DNA of 64,000 bases from Schmidtea polychroa (lineage: Eukaryota): positions 19,096,001 to 19,160,000 of the forward strand of contig CM097888.1 of NCBI GenBank assembly GCA_044892525.1, given 5' to 3'. The notes beneath the pieces were generated by a model. It made no database searches, had not been told where the DNA came from, and worked only from the letters and a program-made list of their open reading frames with translations. Shown here in pieces: positions 1 to 12,100 of the stretch; the first letter of the stretch is position 1; the number at the start of each line of letters is the position of its first letter. Position numbers and translations under genes: made by a program.

Positions 1-2635
1 TGACCTTTAACCTTCACGTCATTATTACACCATCTAAACTCTGTTTTTTCAAGATAAAAAAGTTCCCAAAGAATTCGTGTTAAAAAAAGTTAATTACAGT
101 TACATAATTCGAGGAATTCCACATAAATAGTAATTGCGATTGTAACAAGAAATATTTTACAACAAAATCCCTAAGATTTCGGTATCGTTTAAAATCAAAA
201 AACTTCATGTAAAACGAGAAATATTTTTTAAAATTCGTGCTATTTCAAAAACGTGTAAAAACACATTGTATATTATTATTATTATTATTACTAATATTTA
301 TGAATTAATTATTTCTATAAATCATATTTATGTTACAAAAACCACTATTTGACAATTAATATTTATTTTAATTTTTATAATTGAGTATTTGAAATAAAAT
401 ATACTTTTTATATTCTGAAAAATTACTAAACAAAATAAATCAATTGTTTTTTATTAATTAATTTAAAGTTGTACAAATTTGTGTTTAATTGCATTTTAAT
501 TGTTTTATCTACAAATGTCTTTTACAAATTATTAATAATTCTATAAATAATCAAATTATTATTTTCATGATTTTACTATAATTTTACTAAGGTAAATTTT
601 TTATTTATTTAACACAAATTTTCGACACTATCTTCAAGTGTTTGCAACATGACAAATATTGATTTATTTCATAAAAAAACTAAAAATAAAAAAAAATAAT
701 TGATAAATATTTTATTAATAATTATTAATAATATGATAAAAAATATACAACTATCGAGCAAATTCAGAAAAACCAGAAATTAATATAAATATTAATACAT
801 TGGAAAATAATCTATTATTCATATTTGATCATTCAATTTAATCACATAATTTTATTTAGTTCCTTTAATTTTAATTTTTCCCATTGACACGAATGAAATG
901 AATGTGATCTTGGGTATGAAAATATTAAAGCAAAACCCTAGATGTGTTTGAAATTTTCCAAACCCAGTTTTCATATGGGAGATTTATGAGGTAAAGTTAA
1001 TTAAAATGCTAATTCTAATCCACAATTGGCTCAGTCGAATTTTGCGCATATTTGAAAGGCAGCAGACGGATTCAGTTGGATAATTGTTCCGTGTCTCTCG
1101 AGGGATCAATGATACAAATGAAATTTTACATATGAAGATCTGAAACGATCGAGCAAATAAATCAAAAATCTCCACAAATCAAGTTCCGTTTATGTTAGTT
1201 GTTTTGCAAAATTTAATAAATTTAAAATTACTATTATAAATTATTGGATATTTGATTTTTAGTAATTGGAGGAAGAATGAAAATAACTTTTTTTAGTCGA
1301 TTTACAATATTTTAATTAAAATTAATTAAATTCCTAAATTTTCAAATAAAACAAATTATATAATTTATTATTAATAATAATTTTATAGACAAAAAATGAA
1401 ATTCAAATTTCAATTTTAGGGGAAAATTATTTTATACAAATATTTTTTTTTCTTTAGTAGCAATTCACGTTCATGACAATTGTTAAAATATATAAATTAA
1501 AATAAATTTTAAAAAGTTTACATTTACTAAGAGGTTATATTAAAAAAAATTATAATAAAAATCTTTTTTAAAATAATATATTTTAGGGTTTGACCTAGCA
1601 ATTAGGCGATACTTTGGTAGTCATTGGTCACTTTCTACCAAATTATCAAACTCATATAAAACTTATCTACAAATGATAAAAAATGACCTAAAACATAAAT
1701 CATACGAAATACAAATACATATTGCTTCTGTGCATGTAGAACAAATTTTTTTTTATTTATTATATTATATCCAAATGTTTGTTTATTAAGTCACAATTAA
1801 AACAGATTGTCCTAATTAAATGAAAATTAAATAATTAACTTTTATACATTATAAAACTAACATTTGCAAATTAAATTTGGCTCACAAAAAAGATCATTTT
1901 TTTTCACACGTAAAATTAGATTTTTAAACTATGCAGTACAAATGAAAAATAAAGTTTGCTAAAAATCCTTTTCACTAATAATGCATAAATATTATGGTAC
2001 ACAGATAGGCGGCAACGACTGGAACTTATTTCAGGGGAATTATGTATAACATTTAAGAAAAAAGAAATCAAATATATACTTCTGAACACTTGACTGATAT
2101 TTGGCAATCTGTGAATTGATGTTTTGTATTCAACCTTTTGTAAAATATAATGCAATGTTCTTACATTTGAGTTGACAAACCAATATCCTATACAATACTT
2201 TATAACACACTTTTATTAAAACTAATGAAACACTTTTTAGAAAACAATTTAATAATTATTTCATAATTCATTTTATAATAATCTTTTTATAATAATTACA
2301 TAATAATTTTCTCATTTCTTTTCCAACTTATATTTCAAGTGCAATTTTTAGATCTTTAAAACTTCTTAATCGTACGATTTTATTTGTATTGATAATTATA
2401 TATAATTGGAGATTTGAGAAACATTTTAAATTAAAAGAATTAAAAATCTGCTCAAAACACCAATTATTTAACGAAAAAATAATTAATATCATTTAATAGT
2501 TTCCCATGGTTGCATTTATCGAAAAGAAATGTTAAAAATAATTATTAATTAAGAATAATATTTAAACAAAATTTTTCAGATGAAAATGTTTTATGTATAT
2601 TTTTATCAGAAGGTTTTATGGATTATAAAGTGTAG

Positions 2636-3255
2636 ATAAGAAAGCAGTTATGGAATTTAAACTATAGGATAGTGTCAACTTCATGGAAAGTACGCAATAT
2701 GTTTATTAATAAGTCTAAAACTCCGGTCGAATTGTGTTCCGATCTCGTTTACATGTAATGGGTGTAATGCCACATACATTGGAGAGACTTCCCGTCATCG
2801 CTGTATTCGAGCTCGAGAACATTATAGACCGAAGGCTTTGACCCATATTGGTGAGCACAATAAGGGCTGCAATTGTAAAATAGTTATGTCTGATTTAAAA
2901 AATTTATTAAAAAATTTCGATAATTATTGGGAACGTGTGATTTGTGAGGCGTTATTGATAAAATCATTGAATCCAAAGATTAATGTGCAGAATGCAGTGA
3001 ATACTTGTGTTTTAAATGGTTATAATAATTTTTTGTATATTGTATGTATTGATAGCTGTTTGTGAAATAATTAATTAATAAAAATTGTTTTAAAAATAAT
3101 ATATAATTTTAATTATGATTTTTAAAAAATGAAATATTTTTATTAAATAATAAAAAAAATATTTTTTAAATAAATAAATTTGTTAAAAATCCTTAATTTA
3201 TATAGTTATTATATCCCACCTGATGATGACAGGAAAACTATCGAAATATATCGCG
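2636..3255 (+). mobile_element. Penelope-like retroelement 3' fragment with GIY-YIG endonuclease remnant (frameshifted)
   Basis: Hand translation: RIVSTSWKVRNMFINKSKTPVELCSDLVY, frameshift near 2750, then FTCNGCNATYIGETSRHRCIRAREH...ERVICEALLIKSLNPKINVQ. This fits the PLE pattern VY-x-x-x-C-xx-C-xxx-YIGET-x-R-xxxx-R-xx-EH. A hammerhead motif follows. 5' boundary approximate. Confidence 0.88.
3217..3255 (+). ncRNA. Minimal type I hammerhead ribozyme motif, copy 1 (helix I and helix II each carry one mismatch)
   Basis: cac-CTGATGA(3220-3226)-t-gacag-gaaaa-ctatc-GAAA(3243-3246)-tata-TC^-gcg. Confidence 0.7.
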
Positions 3256-4901
3256 AAGAGAATGTTTGATTGGCTTATAATTAAATCTTATAATTAAATC
3301 ATTGCCATGTATGTTTAACTATTTATTTAAAAAAAATAAAGTAATAAATTTCGAAATTCACAAAAGGACAGTACACTAAGACAGTTTTATTTTCTAAACA
3401 AATTTTCAGTTTGGATTTTCCCTCAGCAAAGTTCAAACATTTTAATCAAAACTTTCTCTTATACTCTTAATTTAATTTTAATAATTTTGTGTTTTTGTAT
3501 TTTGTTGATTGAAATTTATGTAGCACCATAATTTTCTTTTTTCAGTTTTTACAGGTTCATTTCAAAGTTGTTGTCAACAATCTGATCCCATTGACAATCC
3601 TAAAATTAGAAACTGTTGTTGAAATTTGGTATAGGTGAACTAACTTTCAATTTTGACCTGCACTACTACTTTACAAGGTTAAAATAAATATTATTAATTA
3701 AAACAATATTAATGATTTTACTAAAATATTTTTCACCTTAATTATACCAAATCATAAATCCTCAACAATTCTATGATTAAAAAAATTATAAAATAATAAG
3801 CAAATGAAAATATTATTCCTCAATAAAATTTTCTAACTTTTGGAATTATTTTATAAATCTATGAAGACATCAAGTTAAAATAATGTCTTATACTCATAAA
3901 ACTGAAAATGAAATTTGGGTAATTCGAAAAGATACGTATATGTTTAATGTATTTAATTTAAAATAAACTTACTAATTACGTATAGTAAATTTTAAAAATT
4001 CATTACGATATTATAACGACGAAACCGAAACAAAAATAAATGGATGCATTTTTTTATTACACATGGTTTATAAAAAGTTTTCTGGGGCAAAATAAAACTA
4101 TGTTAACTGTCAGTGAGACTTATTTAATTAAAAATTGAAACAAAAAAAGAAACAGAGAATAAAAATATTTTTCGAGCTTTAAGATTTTAAATGTTTTATC
4201 AATTAGCAAGAAATGTTAAATGTATACTTTTAGTCGCAATATTTAATTAAATTTCATCAAAACTTCGCGGTTAAATATTTTCGTTTTAAATTCTTAGCAA
4301 AAACAAATTTATTAATCTCAATCAAACTAATTTAAAATTAATTAAAAATTTTCAGTAGAATTAATTTTCATGAATTATGTCTCTTAGACAATCTAAAGCA
4401 CATGGGTAAATTCAAATAAGTAATGACTTTCAAATTTACTAAATTTCTTTTAACTCAAAATTAAATTTCCCGGGAAAATCCAACTCATATTTGTTAAGAA
4501 AAAAATATTTAGAAAATTTATTTGACATTTAAATTATTTTTTACCGTAAATTTTCATCGAAACTTTTAAAATAAATGATTAAAAGTTGAATTGAAATTAA
4601 TTCATTATTAATTAATTTAAATTGATTTTCAATTAATAACAATGGCATATATTATGAAGCTCTTAAGAAATTTATTTTGTAGCACTGTCAATCTTTTACA
4701 AACAAATTAAACATGTTTCCACTATGTATATCATAAAAGCAAAGAAATCAGTTGTACAAAGTACTTTTTTACTGTCTTGGTATCACAAGGCCTTCACTGA
4801 TAATAGGTTCCATAGAAAATATTGCATTTTTTTGTTCATAAAAATATTTCGAATTTATTGAAATATTAGTGCACTCTTTCTAACAACTATAAAACTATTA
4901 A

Positions 4902-4959
4902 CATTGTATTTATTAAAAAGCTTGACTATGATTCAGTAAATATATCGATGTTTTCGGCA
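4902..4959. repeat. Palindromic repeat family A, deleted left-arm fragment
   Basis: cattgtatttattaaaaagcttgactatgattcagtaaatatatcgatgttttcggca matches the other family A copies. Confidence 0.8.
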
Positions 4960-6342
4960 AGTATGTATTCAGTCAGTGGAGAAATTTGAAAAATAAAGTT
5001 CTTATAATATAAAACTATTAATAATAATTTTCAAAATAATTTTTTAATAATAATTTAATAATTTTTTAATATTTTTTATTAATATTCATTCCTTTTAATG
5101 TATAAATTACTGAATTTAAAAATAATCTAATTCTTAATCATATATTCATTTTAATTACAATTGGAATATTATAACAATTCTATATTTAAAACATCAAACA
5201 ATTCTAAAATTAATTTTTAGCATGCATTCAAAATATGGAATTTTTAAAAGGATTGACAGTTTTAAAAAACATTAAATAATTTCAATAAATTTAATTTTTA
5301 TAATTTTTAAAGTTTATTTTGAAATGATCAAAATAAAGCCTTTGTTATGTTAGAATTTGTTAGAATCAAAATGTCTCATTTTCACAATAATGCTTGAAAC
5401 GACACCATTGCAATAACCATTTATTTTTGAAACACATTAATTTTGGTTGATAAACAGACCATTGGTATGTAAACAGTAACTGATATTTTTCAATAAAGAA
5501 GTTTGGGAAAGACAAGCAATTCATATGATATATTTATATTCTTTGATAATATTGATAGTAGGATGGTGGCTTCAAGGTCGATGTTATCATCAAGCATTAT
5601 AAAATTCCCAACACCAATTTAATTGTTAATAAACTAATAAATTTCATTTTTATTATTCTTATACCTAACTATTTTCAATCTAAATAAATTATCTCGCCAG
5701 ACCTAATCTTATGTATAATAAATGAAGAACCATTACTGATTATCCAAATAATGGTTAAAATGAAAGAATGTCCCATGGACTCAAATAGTTTTCAATGGTT
5801 TTTCGAATGATTCTTACACATGGGAATTCTCACTTATGAAATCCATTTATGAAGACTGTAATGTTTTTATTGAAAAAGAAATTTCATTATTGAAAAGTTT
5901 ACTCAGAAAAGAACAATGATGATTGCTTCATATCCAAGAGGAAAAATATTGTTTTCACTAACACTATTGAGCTATTTAAAAGCAGTCACTATTCTTTGGG
6001 TTTGTATTTAAAACAAAACCTTCGTTTTAAAAAATAAAACCATCTCTTTTGAAAGTGAAAGGAAAAATTAAAAATTTATTTAAGGCAAACATGACAAAAA
6101 TTTAAGAGTACCATATTTAAATTATTGATAAGTATATATTAGTGTAATTTATAATGCTTTTTATCTTATTAATAATACCATGTTTATGAATGAAAAATAG
6201 AAGATTGTAGAAAGGAGTAAAAAGAAAATGGTAAAGAAATAGGGATTTTAGTTAAAAAATAATTAAGTTTATTATATCTCACAAAGTTAAAAAATTTTAA
6301 ATGAAACGATTTTAATTATATATTAAATTAATTTAATATCGT

Positions 6343-6486
6343 TGTTAGTCGTTATATTTTTGGTATTTATAACATCCATAATAAAATACTAATATTTTTT
6401 AAATTCAAAAACAATGCAATTTGTTATTTATTTATTTTATTTATTTAATTATTTATTTAATTAATTAATTTAATTATATTCTCACA
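6343..6486 (-). repeat. 3' LTR (internally deleted copy)
   Basis: Shares ttttggtatttataa, aaattcaaaaacaatgcaatttgtt and atttaattatttatttaattaattaatt-aattatattctc-ca with 8493-8721. Confidence 0.8.
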
Positions 6487-6497
6487 CCTCCTCGTTT
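6487..6497 (-). other. Polypurine tract
   Basis: Minus-strand AAACGAGGAGG directly abuts the TG start of the 3' LTR. Confidence 0.75.
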
Positions 6498-6539
6498 AAA
6501 TGGTTTTAACCACTCAACATCTTTTATCAAACGATTGCC

Positions 6540-7160
6540 ATTATCAAGCTTTACTTTGCAATTCCATTCATGTAATTGTCTAATGACTTATACATGTTCA
6601 AAATATCTATCATTTTCTTTGTAATTTGTATTGCCTTTAACAAAAGCTCCTTTTACAAATTTCCTTTTCGTAATTGATTAAACTATCTAGTTTCTTTCTG
6701 GCATATTTAATAACCATTCTTTGTAGGAAAACTTTTCAAATACTCTTTCACAAGATGCTTGACCGATTGCTTTGGGCATGTAGAGTTTATAATAAACTCA
6801 ATTTCTGGCAACAGGTCAGCCGTTTTTATAATTTATAACTTTTACAAAAATATGAATTGCATCTCTAATTGTTTTAAATTCTTTCGATTTGTCCGTTTGC
6901 AGAATGATGGTAAGGACTTGAATAAATTACTTTAATATTATGAGTTTTCATTAGATTTTCCATACTTTTACCATCAATAGATTGTCATCTATCACAGTGT
7001 ATAATTTCCGGGGCCCCATATTTTAAACTTCATTAAAATGAAATAATATATTTATCCAACAATTTTTTAATATTTTTATCTTTCACCTGATGAATTTTAT
7101 TTACATCTAAACTTTTTACTACCGCAAAATCTGTAAATTTATTTATTACTATCGCATTAT
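6540..7160 (-). pseudogene. Integrase core remnant
   Basis: AIVINKFTDFAVVKSL...KYGAPEIIHCDR*QSIDGK...IYSSPYHHSANGQIER...LLPEIEFIINST, with stops and frameshifts; boundaries approximate. Confidence 0.85.
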
Positions 7161-7229
7161 TACAAACCGTGATTACAATTTTGAACATAATATTAAATGT
7201 TTTAAAATTAAAAACAAATTCCTCCAATT

Positions 7230-7440
7230 CTTTTCTTTGGCAACGACAAATTCGACAACACTTCTTTCTGATATTCCAATAATTTGAACTTCTACCCTAA
7301 TTTTCCCCAATATTTCAATAGAAGATTTATTTTCCCACTTTAATCTAATATAAAATCTTTCTAAACCACGAATTCCAACTTCAGTAGAAAGCTTTTATCA
7401 CACTTAATTTTGTACCTGTATCTAATAAACACCAAAATTC
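7230..7440 (-). pseudogene. Retroviral-type aspartic protease remnant
   Basis: EFWCLLDTGTKLSVIK (DTG at 7414-7422), then IEILGKIRVEVQIIG...VEFVVAK. Confidence 0.85.
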
Positions 7441-7686
7441 ATTATTATTAATAAAAATAGAAATACTAGGTCTCCCATTTATTAGTTAAATTCTTATCAT
7501 TATTAATTATACAAAAATATTCATCAAAATTATAATTATCGTCATTATTACATCCCACATCATCCATTCGCCACTAATTAACACCAATCACTATACATTA
7601 GTGAATATAACGACCAATCACATTTATTAACAAGCGATCGTCAATCACCCCATTCATATATTCCTTATTGTTTGATCAAATTTGAA

Positions 7687-8486
7687 GCACTGATGTCGAA
7701 AATGTCCTGATTTATTGCAATAATTACATTTAACATTTGGACATTTTGATCTCTTATGTCCTTCCTCGTGGCAAGACAAAAATTTCAAAATTTGCCTATT
7801 CTTTTCCTGAAATCAAAAATCATTAAATATTTGTTGAGATCTTTGATAAAAATGATGTGATCTCGAGTTGCTGACTTCTATTTTAATTGGAGCTTCATCT
7901 TTTCTAACTTGTTTTATTTTAAAGTTCCTCGACTTTTTAATGACATCAGCATATTTAATATTAGTTTTGCTGCAATTTGTTGTTGTTCTAGTAAATTTCA
8001 TTATTTACTTTTTTATGTTCCTTAATTCTTTCTTTCATTTCTTCCACAGTCTTGAATTCGTTCATTTTTAAATCTTTCTTCATTTCAATATTTTTTACTG
8101 CATTGAAAATTAGAAAATTTTGTAATTCCTCGTCTTTTAATTTGTGCCGCAAAATTTGTTTGCCGAATTTTTCTAATTTTTCTAATTCATAAGCTGAATC
8201 AACGCCTTGGCGATATTTAGGAGCTTCTTGAAGATCATCCATAATAATTCATTGGCTTTTCAAAAGCTTCTTTTAGACATTCCAAATAGTTGCTGTATTC
8301 ACAAGTTGTTTCATATTTCTTTGTAATACCTGCTGATAAAAATGCTTTAACAAATTTTCATGTATATTCATCCGAAATGTCCATAAGCTTGAAGATTCTT
8401 TCACATTCTAGCATAAAATCTTCAATGTCGGTTTCAATTTCGTAATTTTCTGAAAGTTTAATAAAATTGGCAATCGTAGTCTCCAT
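7687..8486 (-). pseudogene. Gag remnant with two CCHC zinc knuckles
   Basis: ATG at 8486 (METTIANF...). Knuckles (F)LSCHEEGHKRSKC at 7741-7782, first Cys lost, and CNYCNKSGHFRHQC at 7687-7728. ORF broken into several frames. Confidence 0.8.
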
Positions 8487-8492
8487 TTTAAT

Positions 8493-8721
8493 TGTTATAG
8501 TTTTGGTATTTATAATATATATTAAATTCAAAAACAATGCAATTTGTTTGCAATATTTAAACAAATCTCCACAAGGATTTTTATTCAACGTCGAGTAATG
8601 TAAGCATAAGTAATTTGCATATCAAATCAATAAACAACATACATACATTCATTTAATATTTTATTTTACTTTTATCCATTTAATTATTTATTTAATTAAT
8701 TAATTAAATTATATTCTCCCA
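8493..8721 (-). repeat. 5' LTR
   Basis: Homologous to 6343-6486; flanked by the ATCGT TSD; no primer-binding site visible in the 6 nt between the LTR and the gag ATG. Confidence 0.8.
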
Positions 8722-9009
8722 ATCGTAATTAATTAATTAATAATTTCATTAAATAATAGTTAAATGTAAAATAAAATATTTGCGTATTTTTTAAAACTTT
8801 TTCTATTAAAATAATAAAAAACATAAAAATAATTCAAAATTTTTGAAAATGATTTTTTTTTCATTTTATTTATTTAGTTAAATTTATTTTATCAATTATT
8901 TGGTTATGTCACAAGAGTAAAATATAAAAATTGAAATAAACGGGTGTTGCCAATAACCGGGTGGAAATCTGACATTCTTGTCTCAATCTATTGAAAACTT
9001 TCAAATTAC

Positions 9010-9115
9010 CTGAATTTATAAGCCGATTCACGCACATGTTTCTTTAAAGGAAGTCCATAGAGAAAATCGTTGCTTGCTGACAAAGCTATCCATGGCTCAT
9101 TCTCAATACCGGAAG
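9010..9115 (-). CDS. DAG1: Dystroglycan exon (Ig/cadherin-like domain 4, middle)
   Basis: ttttag|(S)SGIENEPWIALSASNDFLYGLPLKKHVRESAYKF(R)|gtaatt; 106 nt; phase matches the upstream exon. Confidence 0.85.
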
Positions 9116-12100
9116 CTAAAATAAATTAATTAAAACAATAAAAAACAAATTTATAACTGAAAAAGCAGTTAAAACTGTATAATGAATTTATTTTTCTGAT
9201 TTTGGCTAAATATTTCAAAATTAATATTAAATAAACAAAATAATTATATTTTGTTGTTTTAATCAAATGTGAAAATTGGTTCAAACTTTTTTTATTAACA
9301 TATATAAATATTTATTTTTAGATTTAGACTTATTCTTTAAATATATTTTTGAATGACAATTATTTTATTCCAAATTTTTCATGTGTATATTAAAGGAAGT
9401 TTTGATTTTGTTGAAGTTTAATAAACAAATAAGACTTTAAAATAAAATCTCATACTTTTATACTTATTGGTAAATAAGGCCAAAGGTTAATGTTAAATAG
9501 TAAAAACAATTGTTGTATTGTTGAAAATTGTAGTCGATGGACCTCCGAAAAATTACAAGGTTAATAAATAATTACAGGTTAAGAAACTATGGGGTAGAGT
9601 GTATCACGTTGCTATATTATAATTTTATTGATCATTTCTTAAATTTATAAAAGGTGTATCTTAGTGGAGTTTGGGGCAATAGCTTTCTATTTTACTCTTT
9701 CTATTACATAAAAAAATGTAGTGATAATTTAATGTGAGGGAAGAAGCGAACAAAGCAAGAGGCATCAAAATATATTAGAAATATTCTGAAAATAATCTAT
9801 ACAGTACTGTGCTGCATTACCTTGCCAAATAGGAAGATCTCCTTGATCGATATTTGATCTGATATTTGAAAAAAAGGAAAAAATTCCCCGATCAGTGAAA
9901 ATGATTTATGAATAAAACATTAATTTTAATTATACAGTGTGTTTTTTACTTTTAGTTATTTTATACAGTGTATATATATATAAAATAACTAAAAGTAAAA
10001 ATAAATAAAATAAAAATAATTAAAAATTACTTGGAATTGATGGGTTAAAATTTAATATTATATCTCAAAAAAAACATAAATTTGAGACTGTTTAAAAATG
10101 ACTAGGATAAGAAAAACTTTGAAAATTCTAAAATATATAATAGAAAAGTTATAAAGTTAAAAATATTTATAATTTTTCAAAAATATATTATAATGATGAA
10201 AGGAATTTTGTTACTATAAACAATGCCACCCCTCAAAAGTAAGTTTCATTACAAAACGAATAAAATTTGCTGCTAAATTTAGAATTATAAAACAGCTACC
10301 ATATTTATTAGGGACCACTTTGTCATTAGAAGTGGTTATATATTATTGAGGAATATTATTATTGTTATCAGACAACTTTTATAAAAATTATTTGAATTGT
10401 TAGATGTATTGTTGACATAGTTTAATCGGAAAATGATTACCGATTGCGCAATATGCGAAATTATAAAATATTATTTTTATGCACTAAAACAACTTTTCGA
10501 AAATAAATTATACGCTGTCAGAATAACAAAACCTCAATTCTTATTGCACAATATGAAAACAAGCCAATAAATAAAATAATTATGAAATATAATTTTATTT
10601 AAAAAGATAAAAACAATAAATAATTATTAAAATAAATAATTAAATAATCCAACATACAGGTTTCTAATCTCATTTCTTTGATACTGCTATGATCGAGAGA
10701 TGTTCTGCGGAGAACGTAGCTTTTGAAAGGAATCCCTAAATCACAATTACCAAAAATAAAATCAAAATTTATTAATGTAAAAATTTTAAAATATTTAATC
10801 CTTTTCCTTTTTATTTCAATCGAATACGAATTTAGTGAATTTACGATTATTCTTTACTGAGGTATGTGTCATTCGAGCAATTAACTATACCAATTACTGA
10901 AATCAAGTATTTGAAGTGCCATTGAAAAATTTTCCTGTTTTCTTTTGCTCATTGAAAAAGAAACTTTTCTGCATTTTTCAGTTTTGAAATTAAAAATAGA
11001 GCGGTACGGTTTCTATTTAGATTTTAAATTATTAAATCTTATAACATTTCAATAATATCATTTTAAATTAAATTAAATCTTTTTTAAATCTCTAAAAATA
11101 ATGAAAATATTTCTGACATAAAATAATTTTTTGATAATAAAAAAAATTAACAATAGTATTAATCTAAAATAGATATATATTGTAAGGCGCTGAAATTTAT
11201 CTATAATTTATCTATTATATATTTATTTTAAACAATAATTGCATTTTATATATAAATATATTTTATAGATAAAAAATAAATCTGCAGAAAACATTATTGC
11301 AATAGCACAATATTACTGATCAATGTTAAAATTAAGATATTCAGTTAAAACAAAGATGTTTTTTAGCAATAAAACATGCTGTAAAACTTTTCTTCAAAAA
11401 ACTGGTCTCCGCCAAATCCGGATTTACATTTAATAAGTAACAATGATCCTAAGTTGGTACATTTTTAAATATAAGAATATTATTTTAAAACAATTTCGTA
11501 TAAAAACAAATAAATATTTTAAATAAAAAAATAAAATATATTTTTCATTTTTAAAATTTATTTATTACAAATATTTTAGAAAAATGCTTATATACTTTTT
11601 ATCATTCATTAACATTTCCTTTTTTAGGGATAAAAAAATAAATAAAAAATAATGTTAGAAAAAATATACAACAGTTTAGTATTGACAACTATTTATTATA
11701 GTTAGTAAAATAAATTTAAGGATAAGAAAACTTAATAAAAAAAGACGACAAATATTTTACGAAAAAAATAAATATAAATTTATAAGTTAAAATCTTTTTA
11801 AATCCTAAAATTTTAATAGATGTTTAAGAAAGGCAAAATGCTTACATTTAATTGAAAAAAATTACAAAATTGTATTTATATTTTTATTACAAAATTTAAA
11901 TACGATTTACTGATTAAAATTAAATAATAATATTTAAAATATCATGTTTAATACAATTATTGGAGTTCTTTATAATAAATGAAATATATCTAACGATAAA
12001 TATCCACAGTAATTCAAAACTTGTTTAAAATAATGCAGAATCACAATATCAATATTATTGGAAATATTTCCTCGAATTCTTATTTCACATTTTGTGATTT

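Larger units (their letters stand above)
6343..8721 (-). mobile_element. Ty3/gypsy-type LTR retrotransposon, internally deleted (gag-PR-[RT/RNaseH missing]-IN), degenerate
   Basis: TG...CA ends; 5-bp TSD ATCGT at 6338-6342 and 8722-8726; two homologous LTRs; PPT; CCHC knuckles, LLDTG protease and integrase core in gypsy order. Confidence 0.88.

Noticed and set aside
7-40. TTAA-CCTTCACGTC as a piggyBac terminus
   Set aside because: Only a few diagnostic bases, no partner end and no coding support
984-2155. ORFs 984-1175 and 1916-2155 as terminal dystroglycan exons or transposase
   Set aside because: No TM segment, no PPxY tail and no convincing motif; the IFDLFARS similarity to 58640 is too short
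8988-9009. 22-nt intron giving YKFR-LRQECQISTRLLATP as the next dystroglycan exon
   Set aside because: Far shorter than the 46-47 nt introns seen; a 41-nt alternative is equally possible; protein similarity is too weak to choose
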